Positions 47,418 to 57,133 of a stretch of 64,000 nt of DNA are shown piece after piece. Position numbers and translations under genes: made by a program. Below the pieces are notes generated by a model. The model did not search any database. It was not told the DNA's origin and was given only the letters and a program-made list of their open reading frames with translations. How positions within the stretch are numbered: position 1 is the first letter of the stretch; the number at the start of each line of letters is the position of its first letter. This DNA is from a virus. The stretch is from positions 96,001 through 160,000 of IMG/VR virus record IMGVR_UViG_3300037454_000906. One strand, 5' to 3'.

Positions 47418-47618
47418 GCCGATACGAATTTGCTATAAAGCACTGCTACATACTCTCGGAGACCGACTGGACGCACATCAGCCCGTACGTGGCAACTACG
47501 CACCGGTTCGAGCAAGTAGGCAACCCTTCGCAAGTCCGGAACTATGGGTACCATAGTCTCGAATGCATGGACACCCGCGAAAGTAGCCAGATTGAGCATT
47601 TGTTGCTATATTAGTGGC

Positions 47619-48368
47619 ATGAAGGTATACAGAGAAGACAAACTGGTATGGGAAGGCGAACTTTCCATACGCGATGGGAAACCCTTTCCGTTATTCATCA
47701 TAGGAGAAATCCTGACCATCATAAAAAAGGATGGGACGGTGGTAGAAGGGGCCGTCCAGTCAAGAGCATGGAGCAATTCGGAAGACTTCGCCGCGGTCAT
47801 ATTGGTGTTACCCGGCGGAACAGCCGAGAAGGTCATGATCAATCCTGGGGAGATTGACACCCTCACCATCACGTACCCCGAAGTAAAGCTGGAGTTCACG
47901 GTAGAGTCCAAGACGGTTCCGCACAATGAAGGTTCGTTCTATGTCGCGGAATTCCACATAGACCAGAACGACCGGAAGAATATCGTGATTTCGTCCGTCC
48001 GCAAGCCGGGAAAGCCGAGCAGGGAGGAACTGGGCAGGTTCAGCCTCATGAGCGGAAAGTACACGGAATTGATCAAGAGCAACCCCGCGAGCGGCAAGTA
48101 TAGAGAACTGGGCTTCTATGGAAAATGGGACGATGTCCCCCTGATGCAGAACGCACTCGCGTCATATCTGTATGGGCGCATTTATAACCCGGCCAGCGGG
48201 TTCAAGATCATATCGGTCCAAGTATGGGGATACGACGCTGACCTCGGTGAGTTCATTGAATACAAGCTGCCCACGCTGGAAGATATGAATATCGTACCTG
48301 GAGGAATTACGCTGGAACAGGCCTATGCTACCCTGTTCAAGGATTTCAACGTCGACCACTGGAGGTAG
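47619..48368 (+). CDS. hypothetical protein
   Basis: Leaderless: TAGCCA-N17-TATATT-N6-ATG at 47584-47621. Confidence 0.7.
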   Translation: MKVYREDKLVWEGELSIRDGKPFPLFIIGEILTIIKKDGTVVEGAVQSRAWSNSEDFAAVILVLPGGTAEKVMINPGEIDTLTITYPEVKLEFTVESKTVPHNEGSFYVAEFHIDQNDRKNIVISSVRKPGKPSREELGRFSLMSGKYTELIKSNPASGKYRELGFYGKWDDVPLMQNALASYLYGRIYNPASGFKIISVQVWGYDADLGEFIEYKLPTLEDMNIVPGGITLEQAYATLFKDFNVDHWR

Positions 48369-48372
48369 TTCT

Positions 48373-48672
48373 ATGGCAACCGAATCCGAACTCCGTGTCC
48401 TTTCAAGGTTGCAGACCTACTTCAACCAGCCCAACCACTTGCATACAGTCACCCAGCACTCGCGTTGTGTCCAAATCCAGAATTGGGACTGCGACATCTA
48501 CGGAGACCTATATTTGATAACACTGAATGGTCGTCTGTCATCATTGGCAAAGCTGCTCAACAATAATGGATTTTCCATAAGCTATCAAGCAAACGATATG
48601 TGCGGTGGGAAATGCTGGCACGTCTGGAAACCAACCTTTAACGAGAAACCGGCATTCCTATATTCCCCATAG
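48373..48672 (+). CDS. hypothetical protein
   Basis: GGAGG RBS. Confidence 0.65.
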   Translation: MATESELRVLSRLQTYFNQPNHLHTVTQHSRCVQIQNWDCDIYGDLYLITLNGRLSSLAKLLNNNGFSISYQANDMCGGKCWHVWKPTFNEKPAFLYSP

Positions 48673-48673
48673 G

Positions 48674-49291
48674 TCAGTCTTCGTTGGAAGTCTCATCTTC
48701 TTCCGGCTCATCCTCTTCGGGTTCAGGTTCTGCCTCGTACCAGTGGACTCCGATGTTCTCTTCGTTGTATTCGAGGAACGGCCACCCGAAACTGTCCTCG
48801 CAGTTGAACTCGTCTCCGTCCGGACCGTAGTCGGGTGAGTACACGAACTTGGAATACGTGTCCTTATGTTCCACCTCTGTGTCGTTGATGATGGTAGTGT
48901 AGGTATATTCAAAACTCGTGAGCAGTTCCGGACAATTCTTCTCGACCCATTCGCGAGGAGCCGATACCAGATAGTTCTGGCTCATATCGATGTAGCCACA
49001 GCGGACACAGAGCTTGTTTTCCTTCACCCATTCCTCGTTGCGAAACGTCTGGTTGAGGTCGTTTCCTAGCCACTTGCGGAAGTTCTCGGTCGGAGGATAG
49101 TCTTGGCCGTACATCCAGTTGTTCACCGAGAAATAGATGATACCGCTGTCCATACGGTTAAAGTCTTGAAGCACGGCGTCCGGCAACCAGTCGGAATCGA
49201 ACAAGTGTTCGGAGCCGAATAACTTGTCAAGCTCGTATAGCACGTTCTGCGGGGTGTAGAGCCTGGAAAGCAGCTCCATCGAGAACTTCGT
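48674..49291 (-). CDS. C-terminal part (205 aa) of the gene interrupted by IS607
   Basis: In frame with 53698-53808 across the TCGGAC junction. Confidence 0.75.
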   Translation of the reverse strand, partial: TKFSMELLSRLYTPQNVLYELDKLFGSEHLFDSDWLPDAVLQDFNRMDSGIIYFSVNNWMYGQDYPPTENFRKWLGNDLNQTFRNEEWVKENKLCVRCGYIDMSQNYLVSAPREWVEKNCPELLTSFEYTYTTIINDTEVEHKDTYSKFVYSPDYGPDGDEFNCEDSFGWPFLEYNEENIGVHWYEAEPEPEEDEPEEDETSNED

Positions 49292-49500
49292 CCGATAAAT
49301 CATTTCTACACATTTCTACCAATTAAATATGTATTGGTGATTTCTTGCTTCATCGCCATGCACTGCTCTTGTGTTTCAAAGAACTGCAACCTCATGTCTT
49401 TGGGGCTGGTGTAAACCATACCTTCCCGATAGGTGACACATTGTATGTCGCCGTGGGGGCAAGCATTCGCAACGGAATTGTCGCTTACGGTGTATCTCAC
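49292..49500 (-). ncRNA. predicted omegaRNA scaffold of the IS607 TnpB
   Basis: Lies in the low-complexity tnpB C-terminal extension; GCAG...GATGAAGCAAGAA motif; limits approximate. Confidence 0.5.
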
Positions 49501-50697
49501 CGCATTGTCATTAGTCGGGACTACTAGGTTTAGTAGCCACAGGCCATAGAACTGCAAGTTCCTGGCTGCATTGTAATCTCTGTCATGGTGATGCCCACAT
49601 ACCGGGCATACCCATTCCCTGTCATCCAGGGCCAAATCCTTGTTGTAGTATTGCCCGCAATGCGAACAGTAACGGCTAGAAGCGTAGAACTGCGGAGCGA
49701 AGAACAGCAGTATGCCTAGCCAAGCACACTTGTATTCCAGGAACTGCCGCATCCTACCGAAGTTGGCATCGAGGATAGCGGAGGCCAGCTTGTGATTTTT
49801 GGACATATTCTTCGGCTTCAAGTCTTCAAGAACAATAGCTTTTGGCTTCGTATGCTTTGCGAGGTCAGCCGTAAGCTGGTGAGCCGCATTGACTCGGATA
49901 TTGGTTATCCTTCTGTGGATTCTAGCCAGCAACTTGCGGCACCGTTCACGGTTCTTGGAGTGTTTCTTCTTGCGTGATAATGCTCGCTGGAATCTGCGGA
50001 GTCTAGCCTTTGCGTGTCGGTAGGCTTTCGGGTTGGTGTAAACGATACCGTCGCTAGTGATTGCTAAGTCCTTCACACCGAAATCGACGCCTACGATGTC
50101 CTGCTCATCGAATGAGGAGATAGATTCGTGGAATGGAACGATGTCAGCCACATAGGCGAAGGAAACATACCACTTCCCAGCAGCATCGACCGATACTGTC
50201 GCCATTGCAAGCGGTATCTTCTCGGAATCCTTCGGAATCTTGATGTAGTCCTTCTCACGGAGCTTAATTCTGCCGAGGGTAGGTATCTGTACGAAATCAC
50301 GACCGATGAACACCCCACCGGAGCAGCGGAACGAGTTGTCCTGGTTATATCGGTGGAAGCGTGGGTGCTTGGCTAGACCCTTGAAGAACCGCTTCCATGC
50401 GGAGCCGAGGTCGATGAGGGCTTCCTGGCCGCAGAACTTGGAGACTTCCGTCATCCACTTGTTATCAGGGAGCTTCTTGTAGATGCACCATTCCTTGTGC
50501 CAGTCCCTCGGCGTTCCGAGGGTGCATTTGACCTTCTCGCCTTCCGGCGTGTTGACCTTGGCTTCCTCGTAAGCCTTGTTCTGCTCGGCCAGTTTCCAGT
50601 TGTAGGCACGGCGGGAAACGGCACACATACGGTACATCGTCCGTACCTGTGCCTTGCTCGGTTTCAAGCATATCTTCCTTCCGCACTGCTGTTCCAT
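49306..50697 (-). CDS. tnpB: TnpB (IS607-type) with N-terminal HTH
   Basis: GVDFGVK, IVLEDL, CSHCG/CPVCG, DRDYNAARN. Confidence 0.92.
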   Translation of the reverse strand: MEQQCGRKICLKPSKAQVRTMYRMCAVSRRAYNWKLAEQNKAYEEAKVNTPEGEKVKCTLGTPRDWHKEWCIYKKLPDNKWMTEVSKFCGQEALIDLGSAWKRFFKGLAKHPRFHRYNQDNSFRCSGGVFIGRDFVQIPTLGRIKLREKDYIKIPKDSEKIPLAMATVSVDAAGKWYVSFAYVADIVPFHESISSFDEQDIVGVDFGVKDLAITSDGIVYTNPKAYRHAKARLRRFQRALSRKKKHSKNRERCRKLLARIHRRITNIRVNAAHQLTADLAKHTKPKAIVLEDLKPKNMSKNHKLASAILDANFGRMRQFLEYKCAWLGILLFFAPQFYASSRYCSHCGQYYNKDLALDDREWVCPVCGHHHDRDYNAARNLQFYGLWLLNLVVPTNDNAVRYTVSDNSVANACPHGDIQCVTYREGMVYTSPKDMRLQFFETQEQCMAMKQEITNTYLIGRNV

Positions 50698-50707
50698 AAC
50701 TTAGCCC

Positions 50708-52780
50708 TTATGCTGCATCAGCGTAAGCCCACTTATAACCACCGGCAGTTTTATTACGCCCAGTTAATACTTCATGTATAGAAGATGTATGGATACCTAC
50801 GGCATCCGCAGCGGCTTTAATAGAATCGTAAATTTGGACGACATGATTATTTTTAGATATCTGTTTAATAGCGCGTTTTGTATTTTTGGGCTTATAATTC
50901 ATACCAGGAAATACAATATCGCTTATCGGGGTTGTGCTGTATGCCCATACATATCCGCCCGCCATGTGGTGTTCGCCCATCAAAACTTTTCGAATTGATG
51001 TTACTGATACTTTGCATTCACGCGAGGCTTCATTAACTGACCCAAATTGGTTAATACGGTCACCATCTAAGTTGTATTGAATCACAGGCCGTTTAGAAGA
51101 TGGTGGGATATATTGGCTCCCTGGAAATTTAATATCAGATATATCGGTCGTACTATATGCCCAGACATAACCACCTGCCGTCATTGCATCCCCTCTAAGA
51201 ACTGAACCAATGTTAGATTGTGCTATTCCAACCGCCTTGGCGGCATCCTTTATTGAATTATATTGGCGAATAAGTGTTCCATCATAATTATACTGGGAAA
51301 CTGGTTTTCTCGGTCGAGATTTCGAACGATAATCATAACCAGGAAATACGATGGTTGCTTTAGGAACCGATTCATATACCCACACATAGTTTTTTAATGT
51401 TCTCTGACGGCCAGATAAGCATTCGCAAATGGCACTTGTTTGTACATCGACTGCCCTAGCAGCCGCTGCAATAGAGACATGAGTCGCAACAAATTTACCA
51501 TCCAAAGTATATTGGCATACTCGCTTGGGTGCCGATAAGTTGTCAGAAAACCATTCATCAATCCAGCCTCGCTTACTACAATGGTCTGCCAGTGTTTTAT
51601 AGGCATCCCTAAATTCGCGTCGTGTATTGAATTGCATTGCATAATGGTAAGCATCGTCCTTAGACATATTAGACCACATACCATTGTTCGATTTCTTTAA
51701 TTTCAACCAAGGAAACTTTCCGCGAAGATGCTTATGACAAATAGAGCTATATAATCCTGGATACGCTTTTGCAAAGTCGTTCCAATACTTGAACGGCTTA
51801 GCCACTTTCAGTAATTTTGGCATTGTCCATTTACCAAAGCCAATGCTACCCATACTTCCGCCTCTTGCCTTATTTAGCAGAGTCCACCCTAAACTTCGAT
51901 ATAAAGCAATCATCTTGCATTCCATTTCCCCATGCTTATCGCCCTTTGTCTTTATTGCAAATGTGGCAAGAATGCGAGGCTCCGGTATCGAGACGCCAAT
52001 AGATTTAGCATATTGAACAATAGAATCGTTATCGTTATGACAATGGTCGTAATGGCGGCGTTTTAGGTCGATAGTTCTACCAATGTATGCTACATTCGTC
52101 ATCGGAAATTCATATACATATACGGTATCATATAGTAAACCATTCTTATAGCCATTAGATTGTTCCAAGAATGCTATTTTTTCGTGCCAATGATTTTTAG
52201 ATACAACAGAATACATACCCGGATATTTTTCGCGGAAATACTTGAGGGTAGGGCATTGCTTCGCCGTATTAACTATCACTTCTTCCGTATATATCCGTCT
52301 GCGTTCGATTTCTTGCCGACGAGTTGTGAGTGCATCTTGTAGTCCAAGTTTGTCTAGCCATTTTTCTCTAACAGCAATTCTATACATCTGGGGTTCAGCT
52401 TGCTTAAAATCTATTCGTTTACAGCAGCCAGCTGCTAATAATTTATCCACAACAGCTTTACATTTTTCAAAAGTAATTGCAGTTTTTCTCCAATGATATT
52501 CAGGTATCCATTTATCAAGCCATCCAGACCGCATAGCTTTATAATATGCAGCATGGTCCATTTTGAAGAACTCGGTTCTAGTTTTGCATTGTTTGGCAAT
52601 GTTATGACAGGTGTCATAATCCAAGGTTTTGAATACAGTATGGGGTATGAGAGTTTCAATCCATCCCATTTTGCATGCCTTGCGATATGCTTGCCTATCC
52701 AATCGCTTAAACTCATAGCGAGTGTTACACTTGCTTGCCGATGCAAGACAGGTTTCATAATCTAACTTTCTATTAGTCAT
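50708..52780 (-). CDS. GIY-YIG endonuclease with six helical repeats and four NUMOD1 repeats
   Basis: VYVY...AYIGRT..LKRRH..H, E, LLN; repeats K.V.QY..DG...F.SI..AA...W.Y; AT-rich. Confidence 0.85.
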   Translation of the reverse strand: MTNRKLDYETCLASASKCNTRYEFKRLDRQAYRKACKMGWIETLIPHTVFKTLDYDTCHNIAKQCKTRTEFFKMDHAAYYKAMRSGWLDKWIPEYHWRKTAITFEKCKAVVDKLLAAGCCKRIDFKQAEPQMYRIAVREKWLDKLGLQDALTTRRQEIERRRIYTEEVIVNTAKQCPTLKYFREKYPGMYSVVSKNHWHEKIAFLEQSNGYKNGLLYDTVYVYEFPMTNVAYIGRTIDLKRRHYDHCHNDNDSIVQYAKSIGVSIPEPRILATFAIKTKGDKHGEMECKMIALYRSLGWTLLNKARGGSMGSIGFGKWTMPKLLKVAKPFKYWNDFAKAYPGLYSSICHKHLRGKFPWLKLKKSNNGMWSNMSKDDAYHYAMQFNTRREFRDAYKTLADHCSKRGWIDEWFSDNLSAPKRVCQYTLDGKFVATHVSIAAAARAVDVQTSAICECLSGRQRTLKNYVWVYESVPKATIVFPGYDYRSKSRPRKPVSQYNYDGTLIRQYNSIKDAAKAVGIAQSNIGSVLRGDAMTAGGYVWAYSTTDISDIKFPGSQYIPPSSKRPVIQYNLDGDRINQFGSVNEASRECKVSVTSIRKVLMGEHHMAGGYVWAYSTTPISDIVFPGMNYKPKNTKRAIKQISKNNHVVQIYDSIKAAADAVGIHTSSIHEVLTGRNKTAGGYKWAYADAA

Positions 52781-53429
52781 TAGTAACCTCGCTTATTGTT
52801 TTAGCTTCTTTTCGTTTCTTGCGGTTCTCCTTACCGCGTCTGCTGTATAGTTTCGCCGAGAAGACGGCAAGGAGTGACAGCATGTCCTTCACCAGGTCTG
52901 CCTCGAACGACTCGCTCAAGACGGACTCGGTATATTCCACATCGACCCCGTGGGAGCGGAAGTATTCGACCAATAGATTGTAGTTGAACCTGGTCAGTCG
53001 GTCGTAGTGCTCGATAACCACCTTGTCGAACTTGTGCTCGGCAGCGAGACGCATCATTCGGAGCAGCTTCTTGCGGTTGTCGTTCAGACCCGAACCCACT
53101 TCCTCGAAGATTTCCACCACCGAATACTTCTTGCTGACGCAGTATTCCATCAGGCGGAGCTTCTGACGGTCAAGGTCTCCGTGGGACTTTTGGTCGGAGG
53201 TCGATACTCGGCAGTAGATGACCACACGGGTTCCGGCCTTGTTTTCAACCTCCGGTTCATCCACCTTCTCGCCCAGGTAGCGGCGAAGGTCGTCCTCGTC
53301 CCAGCGTCTATTCCCGCTCTTGCCGGAGCGGTAGACCTTGAACTTGCCTTCTTCCGTCCATCTGCGAAGAGTGTTCGGGCAGCAGCCGAGAATATCGCAG
53401 GCAGCCTTAGTTCTTACTTTCTTCCCCAT
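52773..53429 (-). CDS. tnpA: IS607 serine recombinase TnpA
   Basis: MerR-like HTH NTLRRW, IYCRVST..Q..DL.RQ, EVGSGLN..R, DRL.RF, FSAKLYSRR. Confidence 0.93.
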   Translation of the reverse strand: MGKKVRTKAACDILGCCPNTLRRWTEEGKFKVYRSGKSGNRRWDEDDLRRYLGEKVDEPEVENKAGTRVVIYCRVSTSDQKSHGDLDRQKLRLMEYCVSKKYSVVEIFEEVGSGLNDNRKKLLRMMRLAAEHKFDKVVIEHYDRLTRFNYNLLVEYFRSHGVDVEYTESVLSESFEADLVKDMLSLLAVFSAKLYSRRGKENRKKRKEAKTISEVTND

Positions 53430-53589
53430 CTTCCACCTCGATACCCATATATTCGGCTGCGTTGTCGAGATACTTCTGGAACTCTTCCAAGGTCGGAAGA
53501 GGGTCAATGTCCAGCATCATCGGCTGGATGGTGCCGTCTTCCAGCTCAAACTCGTCTTTAGTCAGTCGCACTACTTTCATACGCTTCAT
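53407..53589 (-). CDS. 60-aa acidic protein inside the IS607 left end
   Basis: AAGGA RBS; overlaps the tnpA start and contains its GAGGTG RBS. Confidence 0.65.
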   Translation of the reverse strand: MKRMKVVRLTKDEFELEDGTIQPMMLDIDPLPTLEEFQKYLDNAAEYMGIEVEDGEESKN

Positions 53590-53697
53590 TGTGGTTGTCC
53601 TTGATAAAGTTTATAGCGTGATGACTAAAATATAGTTAATTTTTGGTAGAAAAGGTTAGAAATTATGAAAAAATTTGTTTACAGTTGACTTCCCAGT

Positions 53698-53808
53698 CCG
53701 AGTGTCGCGGATGACGTTGCACCACGACTCCGTCGACTTGTCGAGCGCGATTTCGAGAATACCTTCCCACTTGTCGATAAGCGGTTTGAGCATTTCGGGT
53801 GTAATCAT
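53698..53808 (-). CDS. N-terminal part (37 aa) of the gene interrupted by IS607
   Basis: GGAGG RBS; MITPEMLK...IRDTR. Confidence 0.75.
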
Positions 53809-53988
53809 ATATACCTCCAATTTCATTATACGCAGTCCCAGAGATACTCTTCGATAATCCCTGCGGCATCCTACTAAATTACACGTTAATTTTAAAACAA
53901 TCGAGCGTGGTTGGATTTTAACCAACATCTGAGTCCAATAAGGACATTCCGCACTCTCCTACAGCATTTAACTGCATTAACACTTGTG

Positions 53989-54252
53989 CTACACGCCCAA
54001 TAGCTTCACCAAAACAATTAACCCAACAAATGCCGCAAATCCAATAGGTGTATATATTATCCCTACATGGCCCTGGCTATCGTAATCGGCTTTGGCATCG
54101 TCCATGGTATCAAAGGATTTGCCTTTACCGCAAGCATGATGCCATTTACCCTTACCGTCTTGCCAATACATCTCACGTGGACCTTCTCCTATATCGGGGC
54201 ATTCATTATTCTCCTTATACAGGTGATAATCTAGTAAATCAACCGTTTCCAT
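53989..54252 (-). CDS. hypothetical protein with C-terminal TM
   Basis: ORF. Confidence 0.6.
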   Translation of the reverse strand: METVDLLDYHLYKENNECPDIGEGPREMYWQDGKGKWHHACGKGKSFDTMDDAKADYDSQGHVGIIYTPIGFAAFVGLIVLVKLLGV

Positions 54253-54255
54253 ATC

Positions 54256-54759
54256 CTACAGTACCATGGATTCCGCTTCTTGAATCTTTACCGGATCGGC
54301 GTCACCGGCCTCTTTCATGCGATCCGCAATAAATTTCTGCATCCCTTCACGTGTTAGCCCCGTCAGGTGTTCCTCGTTGACCCAGCCGCACCACAGCTCA
54401 ACGTGCCTGTCGTGGTTTTCGTGAATGGTGACGTACGTGGTCGGCGGAAAATCGTGGTATGTGAACACTTCCATCGCCAGGCCGCGAATTTCTATGTCGG
54501 ATGAATCAGTGGGCGGGTTGCATGCAACATATTCGCTCTTCAGTACATACTGTTCTGTACGGGAGCCCACCTCGAGCATGTTCCGTATGCATATGACGAC
54601 ATATGGAAACTTTTCCGCGACGTGCTTGACCAAATTATACGCCTCGGCCTTGCTATCCTCAAGCGCTATATTTTTCCTGACCGAGGCCAGCCGTTTGGCC
54701 AGTTCCGCTTCCTCGGATACCAACAAATCTCGTCTCGACCTATCGTACTCTTGGACCAT
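54256..54759 (-). CDS. hypothetical protein
   Basis: ORF. Confidence 0.65.
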   Translation of the reverse strand: MVQEYDRSRRDLLVSEEAELAKRLASVRKNIALEDSKAEAYNLVKHVAEKFPYVVICIRNMLEVGSRTEQYVLKSEYVACNPPTDSSDIEIRGLAMEVFTYHDFPPTTYVTIHENHDRHVELWCGWVNEEHLTGLTREGMQKFIADRMKEAGDADPVKIQEAESMVL

Positions 54760-54813
54760 GATCCCGCTCCACTCGTTTCAACATGTATAGCCGGCATTTC
54801 GCGGCTTTGGCAT

Positions 54814-55512
54814 CTAATCAACTTTTTCGAATAATTCCCTGGCGCTGACACCCGGCCAGAACTCCCTGACTTCGGCACGTTCGTTATCACGCAGGTTTTC
54901 GAAGTGCTTGTCGATTTCTGCCAGCATGAGCTCGTACAAGTCCGGTCGCTTGCATTTAAGGCCGTTCATAACACCCAAAACGTCGTAGAAGGACGCCTTA
55001 TCCCCGTCATCATACTTTACGTAGAATACGGAATCCTTGAACAGGTGGTTGTTGTCCTTCACCCATTTGTATTCAATGCTCTTTATGCTCGTCACGTCCA
55101 CCCAGCTATTCCAGTTCGGGTTCCGCAACATGACAAAATCATGCGGCGGGCTGGACTGGGTATACTCGTCGGATACCTGGTAGGTATCGGTCCCCCAGTC
55201 ATAGTAGTACAGGTGCTGCTCGTAATCGGGATCATCGGAAACCATGTGGCAACCCTTTTCGCCCTTCCAGGTAATGCCGAAAATGTCGGTGAAGGTACAC
55301 GAGCGCATTCCAAACTGGTTCGCGTCCTTCTCGATGGAATCGAAGAACGGGACCTTGTCCATGTTGCGGCAATTCTTGTCCTTCCGGGCACGATAGCGGA
55401 TGTACAGGTCATTGTCCTTATTAGGATTCTCGATGGACCAGCGCCACTTGCTATCGTCATAGTAGGGGTAGGCGCTCATATACTCGTGGATTGTGTTCAT
55501 AGTGTCATCCAT
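54814..55512 (-). CDS. hypothetical protein
   Basis: ORF. Confidence 0.7.
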   Translation of the reverse strand: MDDTMNTIHEYMSAYPYYDDSKWRWSIENPNKDNDLYIRYRARKDKNCRNMDKVPFFDSIEKDANQFGMRSCTFTDIFGITWKGEKGCHMVSDDPDYEQHLYYYDWGTDTYQVSDEYTQSSPPHDFVMLRNPNWNSWVDVTSIKSIEYKWVKDNNHLFKDSVFYVKYDDGDKASFYDVLGVMNGLKCKRPDLYELMLAEIDKHFENLRDNERAEVREFWPGVSARELFEKVD

Positions 55513-55615
55513 GTGGTTTAACCGTTATCCGTTTTGGATGCGGTGCGGAAATTCGCATTTATATGCCAAATATAGTATTTTTGGAGCGCAAGCGTCATGA
55601 GAAAAATACAATTTT

Positions 55616-56068
55616 TTACTTAAAGAGTTCCGGGTGCTTCCGGTATTCGGCGCTGTACTTATTGTTGAGCATGATGAACTCGTCGTATTCTTTCTCCGTC
55701 AGCTTCTCTTTTTCGGCCCGCATCTTTTTATCTTCTTTCGCCCGACGTTTTTCTTCTTGCTTGGCGCGAATCGCCTCCCACCTTTTCAGCGCATCCTTGT
55801 GGGTATCCGGGTTTGCGATGAGCTTGAGCCACTTCTTGGGTAGAGCCATCCATTCATCAGTGGTCATGCACCAGCTCAGGATGCCCTGCATCTCTGTCAA
55901 GAGATATACCAGGTTTCCCGTCTCGGGAATTGCCACCATTCGCACCGTCTGGTAAATCGGGTCTTTACGCGAGCGGCGCGCAACCATGTCCTGACAAGCA
56001 TGAATGACTTTATTAAGTGCCTCGTTGCGATTATTGGCCAGTTCTATGAGTTCGGCAATTTTCCCCAT
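55616..56068 (-). CDS. hypothetical coiled-coil protein
   Basis: ORF. Confidence 0.65.
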   Translation of the reverse strand: MGKIAELIELANNRNEALNKVIHACQDMVARRSRKDPIYQTVRMVAIPETGNLVYLLTEMQGILSWCMTTDEWMALPKKWLKLIANPDTHKDALKRWEAIRAKQEEKRRAKEDKKMRAEKEKLTEKEYDEFIMLNNKYSAEYRKHPELFK

Positions 56069-56070
56069 GA

Positions 56071-56598
56071 TCATCCCCCGACAAACTTCTTCCGCAGTTC
56101 TATGAACCGCTTGCGTTCCCGGCACTTTTCTTCTTCCGCGGCACAACGGCGCGATTCGTCTATCTCCGCCTTCTTTTTCCTGAAAAGCTCGATGATCAAG
56201 GCGTCCTGTTCAGCCTTCTTACTGACACTAAGCCACTTTTCCAGGAAATCAGTCTGGACCCGATATGCCCGGCGGCCATTGATACTGACGGTGACATAGA
56301 AACCGTCGTTGGATATGGACACGCTACTCAGGGCGCCGAGACGCTTGCTGCCATTCATCACGTTATTGGATTTGCCATCAACGACATATTTGAAGTGAGC
56401 GCTGACTTCGCCGAGATTCTTCCTGACGCTCTTCCGTACGGAGGATACCGCCTTCGGTATGTCAGACATCTCCACGGTATCAAACCAGTCATATGCATAT
56501 TGGTATACCAGTTCGGCATATCCAATCTTTTCAATGCTCTCCTTCACCTTCTTGTCGAGTTGGAAGAATTCGTCCACTACGTCTTCTTTCGGTTGCAA
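56071..56598 (-). CDS. hypothetical protein
   Basis: AGGAG RBS. Confidence 0.7.
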   Translation of the reverse strand: MQPKEDVVDEFFQLDKKVKESIEKIGYAELVYQYAYDWFDTVEMSDIPKAVSSVRKSVRKNLGEVSAHFKYVVDGKSNNVMNGSKRLGALSSVSISNDGFYVTVSINGRRAYRVQTDFLEKWLSVSKKAEQDALIIELFRKKKAEIDESRRCAAEEEKCRERKRFIELRKKFVGG

Positions 56599-56641
56599 TG
56601 TCTTTACTCCTATAATTTACCGGGATTCAGTGCCCGCGCCA

Positions 56642-56953
56642 TTAGAACCATCCCGACGCCGCGCTTATTGGTAGGCGAATACGTGCATTGTATGACATGC
56701 ACGACCGTTGCATGGATTCAATGGCCGCCTTGACCTTCTCCTTCTCGCCCCGGAACCTGATGTTGTATTCGGTGCGGTAGTCCTTGAATATCAGCCCACC
56801 CGCGCAATAGGTATCGGCGTCGACGCTCACGGAAAGGCCGTACTCGTCGGCAAGTTCGTTTGCAACCCGTCTAATGCCCCGTGTCCTGCTGCCCGCGCGG
56901 ATGCAACAGCTCTCGCTATACTGTTCCGGCATCGCTCCCCTCCTCGGTGTCAT
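56642..56953 (-). CDS. hypothetical protein
   Basis: ORF; start and end uncertain. Confidence 0.5.
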   Translation of the reverse strand: MTPRRGAMPEQYSESCCIRAGSRTRGIRRVANELADEYGLSVSVDADTYCAGGLIFKDYRTEYNIRFRGEKEKVKAAIESMQRSCMSYNARIRLPISAASGWF

Positions 56954-57113
56954 GGATGCACTTCTGCTCAGATGAACACTTGCACATGAACACCTTGACC
57001 AGTTCCAGAATGAAGTTGAATGTACCCGACAGGCCGACCAACATCACTATGGCTACGAAGATGCTGGTCCACGGATGGCATGATATAAAAGTCAGTAATG
57101 TTATTGCGTTCAT
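56916..57113 (-). CDS. small membrane protein
   Basis: TM helix. Confidence 0.6.
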   Translation of the reverse strand: MNAITLLTFISCHPWTSIFVAIVMLVGLSGTFNFILELVKVFMCKCSSEQKCIHDTEEGSDAGTV

Positions 57114-57133
57114 GGTGAAAAACTAGCATAAAG

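Larger units (their letters stand above)
49292..53699 (-). mobile_element. IS607-family element with cargo (small ORF - tnpA - GIY-YIG - tnpB)
   Basis: Serine tnpA plus tnpB; GTCCGA at 49290-49295 and 53696-53701 (GG core); 18/21 inverted subterminal repeats at 49302-49322 and 53643-53663. Confidence 0.88.

Noticed and set aside
49292-53699. IStron (group I intron-IS607 hybrid)
   Set aside because: Only ~110 nt of AT-rich non-coding sequence at the left end and essentially no gaps between ORFs, leaving no room for a recognisable intron core. RT-PCR would be needed to exclude it fully.
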